This document shows positions 19,374 through 29,341 of a stretch of DNA of 64,000 nt, one piece after another. The DNA lies in contig JBBSBH010000001.1 in the NCBI GenBank assembly GCA_038251405.1, forward strand, positions 49,125 through 113,124. Reading direction: 5' to 3'. Position 1 is the first letter of the stretch. Each line of letters opens with the position of its first letter. Both the position numbers and the translations under genes were made by a program. The notes beneath the pieces were generated by a model that worked only from the letters and a program-made list of their open reading frames with translations, was not told where the DNA came from and made no database searches. This DNA comes from Chitinophagales bacterium. GTDB taxonomy: Bacteria > Bacteroidota > Bacteroidia > Chitinophagales > Saprospiraceae.

Positions 19374-19757
19374 TTAAGAAAATTTCGGAGGTTGCCAGAT
19401 GACAGAAGACAATAAATTGGATTTCCAATGTGGGGAACAACCATTAAAACAACTACTGCGTTCCGAAAGAATACCTTTCTTAAAAGAAAGAATATCCTGT
19501 GGGATCAGTACAAAACTGATATTAAAACTAGTTTCTATGGTCTTAAAAGGAAGTTTCATATCTGACTCATAATCAGCATTTTGTACATCATCATGGGCAT
19601 AGTGCATATCTAAAAATTGCCAAAAACTAATATTCGGTTGAATCCTTTTGTGCTCTATATAATGTTCGATCAACAAAGGTAATTTGATCAATTGTCTGAT
19701 TTGAGTGGTGAAAATCAGATAGATAGAAATACAAAATATTGAACCCAGAGATCTCAA
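19374..19757 (-). CDS. Small membrane-anchored hypothetical protein heading the czc operon
   Basis: 127 aa with an N-terminal TM. Contains LIEHYIEHKR..ISFWQFLDMHYAHDD..DMKLPFK and the C-terminal tail IWQPPKFS. Confidence 0.5.
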   Translation of the reverse strand: MRSLGSIFCISIYLIFTTQIRQLIKLPLLIEHYIEHKRIQPNISFWQFLDMHYAHDDVQNADYESDMKLPFKTIETSFNISFVLIPQDILSFKKGILSERSSCFNGCSPHWKSNLLSSVIWQPPKFS

Positions 19758-19830
19758 GTTTGCAAATATAAGGTATTCAGGGAGTAAATAAAAACTGATG
19801 ATAATTGAAAAGTCTTGACGAGATACGCGC

Positions 19831-19838
19831 TACATTTG
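19831..19838 (+). promoter_or_regulatory. -7 box TAcaTTTG upstream of the mqn gene pair
   Basis: tacatttg lies 23 nt before the ATG at 19862. A TTG lies at 19815-19817. Confidence 0.4.
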
Positions 19839-19861
19839 CATAAACTTTCAATACAATAGGA

Positions 19862-21040
19862 ATGATAAGTGCAGCGGTATTAGACTCTGTTTTTTCTTTA
19901 GAGATAAAATCAATTTGGGAAAAGGTTAAGGGTAGTATAAGGATCACGGACGAAGAGGCATTATACTTGTATGAATATGCCAAACCAGGTGAAGTAGCCG
20001 CTATCGCTAATTGGATAAGAGAAAGCAAACATGAAAATCGTACCTATTTCAATCGAAATATTCATATAGAGCCAACTAATGTCTGCATTTACACTTGTAA
20101 ATTTTGTTCCTATTCGAGATTAATAAAACAGCGAAGCGAGGGCTGGGAGTTCACTAAAGAGGATATGATTTCTATTTTAGACAAACATATCATTAAAAAT
20201 ATTACTGAGGTGCATATTGTAGGCGGAGTTTTACCTCAATATGATCTTGATTTCTATATAGATTTGTTTTCTACCATAAAATCAAAATACCCCAATTTAC
20301 ATATCAAATCACTTACCCCGGTAGAGCTTTACTATATTTTTAAAAAAGGTAAAGTAGGTGTTAGGGAAGGTTTGCAAATGTTGAAAACGGCAGGGTTGGA
20401 TTCGTTACCCGGCGGTGGGGCAGAAATATTTGCTGATGATATACGCCGTGTCATTTGTCATGACAAATGTGGTACGGAAGATTGGCTCCATATACATAAA
20501 GAATGGCATTTGCTCGGAGGGCGATCAAATGCTACCATTTTATACGGTCATATAGAAAAGTATCACCATCGTATTGATCATATGAAGAGATTGCGTGATG
20601 TACAGGATGATACCAGGGGATTTCAGACCTTTATTCCTCTAAAATTTAGAAATAAAGACAATGAAATGTCTCATGTACCTGAGGTGATTTCACTGGAGGA
20701 CATGAAAAACTATGCTATTAGCAGGATTTATCTGGACAATTTTGATCATATTAAAAGTTATTGGCCAATGCTGGGAAGAGACATGGCACAGCTTTCCCTT
20801 TCCTTTGGGGTGGATGATATTGATGGCACCATTGATGATACTACAAAAATCTATTCCATGGCGGGATCTGAGGAACAAAATCCTGCCATGAATACGGAGG
20901 AGCTTATAGAATTAATTCAAAAAGCAGGAAGGGTAGCTGTGGAAAGAGATACTTTGTATAATGAACTTAAAGTATGGAATGAGCCGGTACGTTTATCTAA
21001 AGTAAAGTCTTATTTTTCACTGCCGGTGATTGAAAATTAG
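19862..21040 (+). CDS. Radical-SAM futalosine-pathway enzyme (MqnE/MqnC family; aminofutalosine synthase most likely)
   Basis: 392 aa with the CxxxCxxC motif NVCIYTCKFCSY. Also contains GGGAEIF and SNATILYGHIE. It is adjacent to mqnA. Confidence 0.75.
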   Translation: MISAAVLDSVFSLEIKSIWEKVKGSIRITDEEALYLYEYAKPGEVAAIANWIRESKHENRTYFNRNIHIEPTNVCIYTCKFCSYSRLIKQRSEGWEFTKEDMISILDKHIIKNITEVHIVGGVLPQYDLDFYIDLFSTIKSKYPNLHIKSLTPVELYYIFKKGKVGVREGLQMLKTAGLDSLPGGGAEIFADDIRRVICHDKCGTEDWLHIHKEWHLLGGRSNATILYGHIEKYHHRIDHMKRLRDVQDDTRGFQTFIPLKFRNKDNEMSHVPEVISLEDMKNYAISRIYLDNFDHIKSYWPMLGRDMAQLSLSFGVDDIDGTIDDTTKIYSMAGSEEQNPAMNTEELIELIQKAGRVAVERDTLYNELKVWNEPVRLSKVKSYFSLPVIEN

Positions 21041-21050
21041 TAGTTTGTAA

Positions 21051-21809
21051 ATGCCTAAGACAAAAGTAGCTATAGTAAATTATTTGAATACCAGGCCGTT
21101 TATTTACGGTTTGCAGCAATCCGAAATAGTAGATGAAATAGAATTAATTGAATGTTCTCCGGCGCAATGTGCTTCCTGTTTTTTTGATCAAACAGTAGAT
21201 ATTTCTTTAGTGCCAACTGGTGCTTTAATTCACCCAACTTTTCCTATCATCAACTCATATGGCATAGCCAGTGATGGGCCTGTTTCCAGTGTCTGTTTAT
21301 TCTCTCAGGTCCCTTTGAAGGAGCTTACTACGGTCTACCTGGATTATCAATCCCGTACATCAGTTTTATTAATTCAGATTTTATTTAAGCATTTTTGGAA
21401 AAGGGAAGTTGAATTTGTTGAATCTTATCCGGGGTATGAATTGAATATAAAAGGAAGTATTGGAGGAGTTGTCATTGGTGATAGGGCAATTAAATTAAAA
21501 CCATCCTTTGCTTATATTTATGACCTGGGGCAAATGTGGAAGGAATTTTCCAATCTTCCGTTTGTCTATGCGGTTTGGGTAGCCAATACAAAACCACATC
21601 AAGAATTTATAACAAAGTTCAATAAGGCAATTGCATCTGGTGTGGATTCCATCGATATACTCATAGATACACTCCCTCCAAATAGTGGTATTAACTTCGA
21701 AGCATATTTTTATGAAAATATAAAGTTTAAAATGGATGAAAATTACCTGGAAGGCATGAATTATTTTTTGAAGCTCGCCAGTGAATTGCTATTGATAGAG
21801 CAATATTAA
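21051..21809 (+). CDS. mqnA: Chorismate dehydratase MqnA (futalosine pathway)
   Basis: 252 aa. The N-terminus reads KVAIVNYLNTRPFIYGL, consistent with a periplasmic-binding-protein-like fold pattern. Confidence 0.7.
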   Translation: MPKTKVAIVNYLNTRPFIYGLQQSEIVDEIELIECSPAQCASCFFDQTVDISLVPTGALIHPTFPIINSYGIASDGPVSSVCLFSQVPLKELTTVYLDYQSRTSVLLIQILFKHFWKREVEFVESYPGYELNIKGSIGGVVIGDRAIKLKPSFAYIYDLGQMWKEFSNLPFVYAVWVANTKPHQEFITKFNKAIASGVDSIDILIDTLPPNSGINFEAYFYENIKFKMDENYLEGMNYFLKLASELLLIEQY

Positions 21810-21812
21810 AGA

Positions 21813-22469
21813 TTAGTAGTTCTTCCTGTCAAATCTCCAACCCATTCTCAAAGAAAAGAATAAGCCCGAAAACACATCCACCTTTGAAGATGTAACAGTA
21901 GTAAAAAAACGACTCCAATCTAAAGTTTGACTTAGCTGGTAATTTACAACAGGGGATAGTGTAATCAAATCTGAGACACCGATATCAATCCCAGCTCCAA
22001 GGCGTAAAAAGGCGATACTTTCTGAAACATTTTTTACTATTGTCTGTTCCCCTGAAAGCCGACTATAGGCTATTCCCGGCGCCAATTGGAGGAAAAACCC
22101 TTTCTTCAGGAATTGACCTTGTTTTGAAAAGGTAGGACACATGCAATCATTATTAAAATCCAGCGGATAAAATTGAAACACGGGCGTGAAATCCAATACT
22201 GTCCAATTTAGCTTGCCGGATGTATTGTCATTAAAGGTAATTTTTTCAAAAGCAGCCTGATAATGAATGGCAGGGAAAAATTCAAGGCGGTATTTCTTTA
22301 ACCTAAACCAATAATCGGCTCCGGCACCTACTAAAAAGGGGAATAGTCTGTTATTGGTATTAGTCTCAGCAATCCGGGTTTTTGGGAAAGTAGTGACAGC
22401 TTGAACACCTATTTGAGAAGATAATGGAATAGTATAAATAAAAAAGATAAAAACTAATAATCTATACAT
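21813..22469 (-). CDS. Outer-membrane beta-barrel (porin-family) protein
   Basis: 218 aa with a signal peptide, alternating beta-strand pattern and an aromatic C-terminus ...RFDRKNY. Confidence 0.6.
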   Translation of the reverse strand: MYRLLVFIFFIYTIPLSSQIGVQAVTTFPKTRIAETNTNNRLFPFLVGAGADYWFRLKKYRLEFFPAIHYQAAFEKITFNDNTSGKLNWTVLDFTPVFQFYPLDFNNDCMCPTFSKQGQFLKKGFFLQLAPGIAYSRLSGEQTIVKNVSESIAFLRLGAGIDIGVSDLITLSPVVNYQLSQTLDWSRFFTTVTSSKVDVFSGLFFSLRMGWRFDRKNY

Positions 22470-22524
22470 AAGGCAGCCGAAAGGTAACGATAAAAAAATA
22501 TGGTTAATTGCTTAAGCGAAGGCT

Positions 22525-22532
22525 TACTTTTG
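22525..22532 (+). promoter_or_regulatory. -7 box TActTTTG upstream of rimO
   Basis: tacttttg lies 20 nt before the TTG start at 22553. Confidence 0.4.
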
Positions 22533-22552
22533 CATAAAATTAAATTAAGATC

Positions 22553-23869
22553 TTGAGATCAAAAGGAAAGTTAGAGAATAAAGTGCATGTAGTCACCTTA
22601 GGTTGCTCCAAAAACACAGTAGATTCAGAAAATTTGATTACCCAGCTTAGGTACAATAATTTTGAAGTCCAGCATGACGCCTCAAAGAATGAAGCTAATA
22701 TTGTAATCATCAATACATGCGGGTTTATAGAAATGGCCAAGAAGGAGTCTATAGAGACCATTCTACAATTTGCAGAAGCAAAAAATGATGGTCAGATTGA
22801 CAGATTACTTGTCACAGGTTGTCTGTCTCAGCGATATAAAGAGGAACTTCGGGAAGAGATACCAGAAGTAGATGCGTGGTATGGTACCATGGATATGCCC
22901 GCTTTATTGGCAGATTTGAAAGCGGATTATAAAAAGGAATTAATAGGAGAACGGCTTATAACTACACCTTCTCATTTTGCTTATTTGAAAATATCTGAAG
23001 GATGCAATCGTACGTGTAGTTTTTGTGCTATTCCATTGATGCGTGGAAAGCATGTAAGCCGGACCATAGAGAGTTTAGTGCACGAAGCAAGTTTTTTGGC
23101 AGAAAGAGGTGTAAAAGAAATCATGTTGATAGCCCAGGAGCTCACGTATTATGGTTTAGATAGATATAAAGCCCGTAAACTGCCAGAATTGTTAGACCTT
23201 TTGGTAGAAGTAAAAGGTATTGAATGGATCAGATTGCACTATGCCTATCCCAATAAATTTCCACTGGAAATAATAGATACCATGGCTTTACATCCAAAAG
23301 TGTGTAAATATCTCGATATGCCTTTGCAGCATGCAAGTAATCAGATGCTTTCAGCTATGAGGCGCCAAATTACAAAACAGGAGACGGTGGACTTAATTAA
23401 TACGATCAGATCTAAAATCCCTGATATTGCCTTGCGTACTACTATGCTGGTAGGCTTTCCTGGTGAGACAGATGAAGATTTTGAAGAACTATGCACCTTT
23501 GTTCAGGAGCAAAAATTTGATCGCCTGGGCGTTTTTACTTATTCCCATGAAGAGGATACCTCAGCTTTTCAACTTAAGGATAATGTGCCGGAAAAAGTAA
23601 AAATAGCCAGGCAAAATAGATTAATGGAAGTTCAGCGGGAAATTGCAGCAGCTAAAAATCAATCTAAAATAGGTTCTGTTCTTAAGGTAATTATTGATAG
23701 AAAGCAAGCCAGCGGTTGGATGGGCAGATCAGAGGCAGATAGCCCCGAAGTAGACCAGGAAATACATATATTGAATCCTTCAAGCAAACTAAAAGCAGGA
23801 GATTTTGTTGAAGTAGTAATTACTGAGGCCGATGATTACGATTTGATCGGTATCCTAAATGAAAGCTAG
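22553..23869 (+). CDS. rimO: Ribosomal protein S12 methylthiotransferase
   Basis: 438 aa. It has the MTTase N-domain (VVTLGCSKNTVDSE), the radical-SAM motif CNRTCSFCAIP and a C-terminal TRAM domain. Confidence 0.85.
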   Translation: MRSKGKLENKVHVVTLGCSKNTVDSENLITQLRYNNFEVQHDASKNEANIVIINTCGFIEMAKKESIETILQFAEAKNDGQIDRLLVTGCLSQRYKEELREEIPEVDAWYGTMDMPALLADLKADYKKELIGERLITTPSHFAYLKISEGCNRTCSFCAIPLMRGKHVSRTIESLVHEASFLAERGVKEIMLIAQELTYYGLDRYKARKLPELLDLLVEVKGIEWIRLHYAYPNKFPLEIIDTMALHPKVCKYLDMPLQHASNQMLSAMRRQITKQETVDLINTIRSKIPDIALRTTMLVGFPGETDEDFEELCTFVQEQKFDRLGVFTYSHEEDTSAFQLKDNVPEKVKIARQNRLMEVQREIAAAKNQSKIGSVLKVIIDRKQASGWMGRSEADSPEVDQEIHILNPSSKLKAGDFVEVVITEADDYDLIGILNES

Positions 23870-23872
23870 GAA

Positions 23873-24289
23873 ATGAATAAATTAGTCCAAAGATTAGCTA
23901 ATCCATTATTGCAGGCTGTTGTGATAATTCTGTTATACCTGGCTAGTATTTTTGTTAGTAAATCAATAGATTCAGAGCAAAACATGCCGTGGACCTTAGC
24001 AATTGCATACCAACTTCTCTATATTGTTTACTCAGCCATTATCGGCCTTATAAACAAACCGTTTAAGTTTTATTGGATCTTTGCGATAATTGGGTTTGTG
24101 GGGTTGATGTTTATAAATAGCTTTTTGGCAGCTAGGTTTTCCGGGATGTCAATGGATGAAGCAGGTACTTACCGATGGATTTATTTTGTTCTTACGCCCG
24201 TGTTTTTACTTTTTATTGGTATGGTTACTTTGATAAAGAAAATAGTATCTCTTGCCGAAAAGGATGATCGAAAATTTGATAATAATTAA
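23873..24289 (+). CDS. Integral membrane protein, unknown function
   Basis: 138 aa with four hydrophobic helices. Confidence 0.55.
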   Translation: MNKLVQRLANPLLQAVVIILLYLASIFVSKSIDSEQNMPWTLAIAYQLLYIVYSAIIGLINKPFKFYWIFAIIGFVGLMFINSFLAARFSGMSMDEAGTYRWIYFVLTPVFLLFIGMVTLIKKIVSLAEKDDRKFDNN

Positions 24290-24303
24290 TAAAACAATTT
24301 ATA

Positions 24304-24828
24304 ATGAAAACGTTACTAATATACTTTTTAATCTATATGGCTTGCAATCAACCTTCCGGTGAGCCTGTGAGTGGCCTTACTGAAGCGCCGGGGATGAATA
24401 CAAATGAGACTATAATAGACACACCTGTAGTGAAAATTGTAAAGTCAGAAGAAGAATGGAAAAAAGAATTACCAGCAGAATCATTTCATGTTCTCAGAGA
24501 AAAGGGTACGGAGCGGGCATTTACCAGCGAATTATTAAATATACATGAAAAAGGAGTATTTATTTGCAAAGCATGTAGACTTCCTTTGTTCGATGAGAGC
24601 ACTAAATTTGATTCCGGTACCGGATGGCCTAGTTTTTACAAACCGATTTCTAAAAACTATGTAAAAGAAATTTCAGACATGAGTTTTGGCATGGCGCGCA
24701 CAGAAGTAGTATGTGCCAGATGTGGTGGTCACCTTGGCCATATATTTGATGATGGACCGAAACCAACTGGCTTGAGATATTGTATTAATGGAGTATCGTT
24801 AGACTTTGTTAAAAACAGTTCAAAATAG
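24304..24828 (+). CDS. msrB: Peptide-methionine (R)-S-oxide reductase with an N-terminal lipoprotein-like signal
   Basis: 174 aa. Contains GTERAFT, CKACRLPLF, GWPSF, CARCGGHLGHIFDDGPKPTGLRYCIN. Confidence 0.9.
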   Translation: MKTLLIYFLIYMACNQPSGEPVSGLTEAPGMNTNETIIDTPVVKIVKSEEEWKKELPAESFHVLREKGTERAFTSELLNIHEKGVFICKACRLPLFDESTKFDSGTGWPSFYKPISKNYVKEISDMSFGMARTEVVCARCGGHLGHIFDDGPKPTGLRYCINGVSLDFVKNSSK

Positions 24829-24966
24829 TCGTTAATAATCAAGAATAGTTTTCAATCTAAGCTCAGATTTGCATATATTGTAGTACGTGCTACTATCGTA
24901 TGTACATTTCTAATTTGCACTCCAGGAGATATAACTAAAATACATATTTATTCCCCATCATTATCT

Positions 24967-24974
24967 TAACTTTG
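24967..24974 (+). promoter_or_regulatory. -7 box TAacTTTG only 4 nt before the etfB ATG (possible leaderless or near-leaderless transcript)
   Basis: taactttg at 24967-24974, with the ATG at 24979. Confidence 0.3.
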
Positions 24975-24978
24975 CGGA

Positions 24979-25713
24979 ATGAAAATTTTAGTTTGTATCT
25001 CGGTTACTCCTGATACTACCAGTAAAATTACTTTTAAGAATGATAATACTGAATTTAATGCAGAAGGAGTACAGTATATCATCAATCCTTATGATGAATG
25101 GTACGCTTTAGTAAAAGCCCTGGAAATAAAAGAGCAGACAAGCGGCACCGTGACTGTAATTCATATGGGTCCCCCTGCACATGATGTAATGATTAGAAAA
25201 GCATTGGCTATTGGTGCAGATGATGCTATTAGAATAAATTCTATTACCGATTCAAGTCTTCAACTTGCAAAAAACATCGTTGCTCATGCTAAAGACTTTG
25301 ATATCATTTTTCTGGGAAAGGAAACGCTGGATTATCAATCATCAGAAGCAGGCGCTATGGTCGCCGAACTCTTAGATCTGCCATTTATATCTTATGCCAG
25401 TAGTCTTTCATTCAATGATGGCACGGCTACAGTTCATAGAGATATTGAAGGTGGAGTAGAGGTCATCGAGATTAAACCTCCTTTTGTAATAAGTGCGTCA
25501 AAAGGCATGGCAGAGCAGCGTATTCCAAATATGAAAGGTATCATGACGGCTAAATCAAAGTCGCTACAAGTAGTAGAGCCAATCAGTGAAGTTGAGCAAA
25601 TTAAATACCTGTCTTATCAGTTGCCACCTGCTAAAAAGGGTGTTACTATGATAGATGCAAATCATGCTGAAGAATTGATTTCCATTCTTCATGAGAAAGA
25701 AAAACTATTCTAA
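24979..25713 (+). CDS. etfB: Electron transfer flavoprotein beta subunit
   Basis: 244 aa. Contains MKILVCISVTPDTTSKI, INPYDEWYAL and LGKETLDYQSSE. Confidence 0.9.
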   Translation: MKILVCISVTPDTTSKITFKNDNTEFNAEGVQYIINPYDEWYALVKALEIKEQTSGTVTVIHMGPPAHDVMIRKALAIGADDAIRINSITDSSLQLAKNIVAHAKDFDIIFLGKETLDYQSSEAGAMVAELLDLPFISYASSLSFNDGTATVHRDIEGGVEVIEIKPPFVISASKGMAEQRIPNMKGIMTAKSKSLQVVEPISEVEQIKYLSYQLPPAKKGVTMIDANHAEELISILHEKEKLF

Positions 25714-25731
25714 AAAAGTAAATTTAAAGTG

Positions 25732-26694
25732 ATGCCAAGTGTATTAGTAGTAGTAGAATCATCTGATGGAATTATTAAGAAAGTAGCTTTAGAAGCGGTG
25801 AGTTATGGCAACGCCCTTGCTCAAAAAATGAGTGAAACCTGCAGTGTATTGGTTTTGGGCAAATCTGATGCAGCATCTACATTAGGTAAAAATGGAGCTG
25901 ATAAAGTATTCGTAGTGAATGGAGAGGTTAGTTTATCAGACAATCAATCTTTATGTAAATTAATCGGTGACCAAGCCCATCAGGAAGAAGCTAATGTAAT
26001 TGTATTAGCAAATAATAGCACTGGTCGTAGCTTGGTAGGTAGATTAGCAGCAAGATTTAATTCTGGGTGTGCTACCGGGGTAATCAGCTTAGCTGAAAAT
26101 GTTGATGATCTGCTTACTGTGGAGAGATCGGTCTATGCAGGAAAAGCAACCGCAAAAATTTCGCTGAGTGGAAAATGTAAAATCATTAGTATTAGTTCTG
26201 GAGTGGTTCCTTTAAAATCTGATGGGATCGAAGTGGCTGTAGAAATGATAGAATACGCACCTTTGTCTAAAATGAAAGTAATTGAGACAAAGCGAATAAC
26301 CGGAGAAATACCATTACCAGAGGCTGATCTGGTAGTATCGGCAGGTCGTGGCTTGAAAGGGCCTGAAAACTGGGGCATAGTGGAGGATTTAGCCGCGGCA
26401 TTAGGAGCGACCACTGCATGCTCACGCCCGGTTGCAGATTCAGGATGGAGACCGCATCATGAGCATGTAGGCCAAACGGGTATCGCCATAAAACCGAAAC
26501 TTTATATTGCATTGGGGATCTCTGGCGCCATTCAACATTTGGCTGGTGTAAACAATTCGAAAGTTATTGTAGTGATAAATAAGGATCCTGAGGCTCCTTT
26601 TTTCAAAGCAGCTGACTATGGAATCATCGGCGATGTCTTTGAAATAGTGCCCAGATTGACGGAAGCTGTAAAAAAGATAAAAGCCCACCAATAA
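25732..26694 (+). CDS. etfA: Electron transfer flavoprotein alpha subunit
   Basis: The ORF track starts at the GTG at 25729, with an ATG one codon later. The FAD-binding C-terminal region reads VSAGRGLKG...SRPVADSGW...QVGQTG..IKPKLYIALGISGAIQHLAG. Confidence 0.9.
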   Translation: MPSVLVVVESSDGIIKKVALEAVSYGNALAQKMSETCSVLVLGKSDAASTLGKNGADKVFVVNGEVSLSDNQSLCKLIGDQAHQEEANVIVLANNSTGRSLVGRLAARFNSGCATGVISLAENVDDLLTVERSVYAGKATAKISLSGKCKIISISSGVVPLKSDGIEVAVEMIEYAPLSKMKVIETKRITGEIPLPEADLVVSAGRGLKGPENWGIVEDLAAALGATTACSRPVADSGWRPHHEHVGQTGIAIKPKLYIALGISGAIQHLAGVNNSKVIVVINKDPEAPFFKAADYGIIGDVFEIVPRLTEAVKKIKAHQ

Positions 26695-26763
26695 TATTGA
26701 ATCTTGACCCAAAAATTATAGTCATTTACTTTGAATGTTTTTTTGACCATATTTGTGTAACAA

Positions 26764-27363
26764 ATGAAAAAAATAGAGCTCGAAATAGTCACATTATCAC
26801 ATAGTATTTCACAATCTCATAATTATGCGGTAGTGCTGGGAGAAGTGGATGGAAATAGAAAGTTGCCTATTGTCATTGGAAGCTTTGAAGCACAAGCTAT
26901 AGCTGTGGCTATGGAAAAAATGAATCCGAACAGACCTTTGACCCACGATTTATTTAAAAATACATTAGACACGTTTGATATTGATATTAAGGAAGTGGTC
27001 ATTAATAATTTGCTTGATGGTATATTCTATGCTCGATTAGTTTGTGTTAAAAATGGCGAAACAGTGGAAATTGATTCTCGTACTTCAGACGCTGTTGCCA
27101 TGGCGGTAAGAGCTAATTGCCCGATTTATACATTTGACTTTATATTGGAATCTGCAGGTGTGATTCTGGAAGAATCGGAAGAAAAACCTATTGGAACAAC
27201 AGGGGTCTCTGAACCTAAGCGCCCTAAAACAGGCGTTGCTTTTAATCAATATTCCATTGAAGCATTGAATAAGATGCTAGATGAGGTTTTGGCCGAAGAA
27301 GACTATGAAAAAGCTGCTAAGATTCGTGACGAAATAAATAAGAGAAAAGAAAGAAATCAATAA
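26764..27363 (+). CDS. Bifunctional nuclease (DUF151) family protein with a UVR motif
   Basis: 199 aa. Contains AVVLGEVDGNRKLPIVIGSFEAQAIA and RPLTHDL, plus the C-terminal EDYEKAAKIRDEI. Confidence 0.75.
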   Translation: MKKIELEIVTLSHSISQSHNYAVVLGEVDGNRKLPIVIGSFEAQAIAVAMEKMNPNRPLTHDLFKNTLDTFDIDIKEVVINNLLDGIFYARLVCVKNGETVEIDSRTSDAVAMAVRANCPIYTFDFILESAGVILEESEEKPIGTTGVSEPKRPKTGVAFNQYSIEALNKMLDEVLAEEDYEKAAKIRDEINKRKERNQ

Positions 27364-27389
27364 ATTTTTGATCTGTAGGCAGGAATCTG

Positions 27390-29099
27390 TCAATTTAAGG
27401 GTTTAAGGTAATTAGGCTTTTTCCAAATAAAACTCAAAATGAAAGCGCCTAGCATTACTAATCCGCAACCTATAAGATTGTACCATAGAAACCCAATGGA
27501 TGAGAAATTGTATAAATATATTACTACAGCCTCTGAGATAATGGCCGCCATGAATACAGCGGTACCACTTACATTTTTTAAGAAAAATGCCGCTAAGAAA
27601 ATACCGAGGATAGTTCCGTAAAAAAGGGAACCGATAATATTGACAAATTGTATCAGGTTTTCGAAAAGACCCGCATACATGGCGAAGCAAATTGCAATGA
27701 CTCCCCATAGGATTGTAAACATTCGAATAATATTCACTGAACCAGTTGCCGGAACAGCGTTAGATTTTTTTAATCTTTTAAACCAATCGATATAAGTGGT
27801 GGTAGAGAGAGCAGTAATCTCTGCCGAGGTGGAAGACATAGTGGCAGAAAATACTACGGCCAGTAAGAGCCCGATGAGGCCCTTTGGTAGATAGTTGAGT
27901 ACGAAATGTAAAAACACATAATCTCTATCATTGGTTTCTGTTCCAGGCAGGGCTTGTTTTATTATGTCTTTAGATTCCTCTCGCAGGCTAAGTTCCTGTG
28001 CATTCAGCACATCTAATCTATTTCGTGATGATTGGATATCTGGTGTGACATTTTTTAAGAGATCATTTTGAATAGAAAGCTTTTCCTGGAAGACAGCAGT
28101 AAGTGCAGCTTGCTTTTCTTTGTATTGGTTACTAAAATTAGAATTTAGTACTCTATCTTCTACCTGTTTATTAAAAAATGCAGGACTTTGATTGAATTGG
28201 TAAAAAACAAATACCATAACACCGGTTAATAGAATAAAAAACTGCATAGGCACTTTGATAATGCCGTTCATGATTAATCCTAATTTGCTTTGGGCTATAG
28301 ACTGGCCTCCAAGGTATCGTTGTACCTGCGATTGATCGGTACCAAAATAGGCTAATGCTATAAATGCGCCACCTATGATTCCTGACCAAAAATTGTATCT
28401 ATCAGCTAAATCAAAGTGAAAATTGATGGCATTCATTTTTCCTGACCATCCTGCAACTTTAAATGCCTGATCAATAGATAGTCCGGGAAGCTTAAATAAA
28501 ATAATGATAAATATCAAAGCCATTCCCAAAAGCATGATACTCATCTGGATGGTTTGGGTTTTGCTTACCGCTTTAACTCCACCACTTACAGTATAGATGA
28601 TGACCATCAATCCTGTGATAGCGACCATTAATTTAAAACTCCATCCGAATAAAGCATTCAGAATGATGGAAGGAGCATATAAAGTAATACCAGCTGAAAG
28701 TCCTCGCTGAATAAGAAATAATAATGATGTAAGCAGCCTGGTCTTTAAATCAAATCTATTCTCCAGGAATTCGTAAGCGGTATATATGCCTGCTTTAAAA
28801 AAACGCGGAATAAAAACTAAGCTGATGATCAACATGGCGATCGGTAAGCCCAAATAGAACTGCACAAATTGAAGACCATCACTAAAACCCTGGCCGGGAG
28901 TAGAAATGAAGGTAATTCCACTTGCCTGGGTAGCCATTACACCAAAGCATACAGCCCACCACCTGGCTTGATTATCACCTTTTAGAAATGATTCCTGATT
29001 TTTGACTCCTTTGGTTTTGTAAATACCATACGCTACGATACTTACTAAAGAAAAAACTAATATGATCCAGTCAATGCCACTCATAGGAGAGATGGACAA
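27390..29099 (-). CDS. Sodium:solute symporter (SSS) family transporter
   Basis: 569 aa with about 13-14 TM segments and a long cytoplasmic loop. The N-terminus is typical of the SSS family. Confidence 0.8.
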   Translation of the reverse strand: MSISPMSGIDWIILVFSLVSIVAYGIYKTKGVKNQESFLKGDNQARWWAVCFGVMATQASGITFISTPGQGFSDGLQFVQFYLGLPIAMLIISLVFIPRFFKAGIYTAYEFLENRFDLKTRLLTSLLFLIQRGLSAGITLYAPSIILNALFGWSFKLMVAITGLMVIIYTVSGGVKAVSKTQTIQMSIMLLGMALIFIIILFKLPGLSIDQAFKVAGWSGKMNAINFHFDLADRYNFWSGIIGGAFIALAYFGTDQSQVQRYLGGQSIAQSKLGLIMNGIIKVPMQFFILLTGVMVFVFYQFNQSPAFFNKQVEDRVLNSNFSNQYKEKQAALTAVFQEKLSIQNDLLKNVTPDIQSSRNRLDVLNAQELSLREESKDIIKQALPGTETNDRDYVFLHFVLNYLPKGLIGLLLAVVFSATMSSTSAEITALSTTTYIDWFKRLKKSNAVPATGSVNIIRMFTILWGVIAICFAMYAGLFENLIQFVNIIGSLFYGTILGIFLAAFFLKNVSGTAVFMAAIISEAVVIYLYNFSSIGFLWYNLIGCGLVMLGAFILSFIWKKPNYLKPLN

Positions 29100-29341
29100 A
29101 GATAGTTTTTAGAAGTCGAGGGCAATAACCTGGCTATGTTATGATAAACTTAAAGAATGAATAGTAGGATAATGAAGCCGTTTTTATTAATAAGAAAAGT
29201 GCGTCGTAAAGCTTTAATACACTTTTTATTTATAGTGACGGGTAAAGAATAAAAGTAATAGCACCATTATTACCAAAGTACTTAACATTATGCCGTACCA
29301 TCGTTTCCAATTTATAGTATTAAAATCTGAAGTTTCCGACC

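Noticed and set aside
26133-26712. Three minus-strand ORFs antisense to etfA
   Set aside because: They sit opposite a highly conserved EtfA frame and have no features of their own.
29100-29341. Possible tiny TM peptide (…MLSTLVIMVLLLLFFTRHYK*) upstream of the SSS transporter
   Set aside because: It is only about 20 aa from its ATG, has no recognisable family and cannot be supported from sequence alone.
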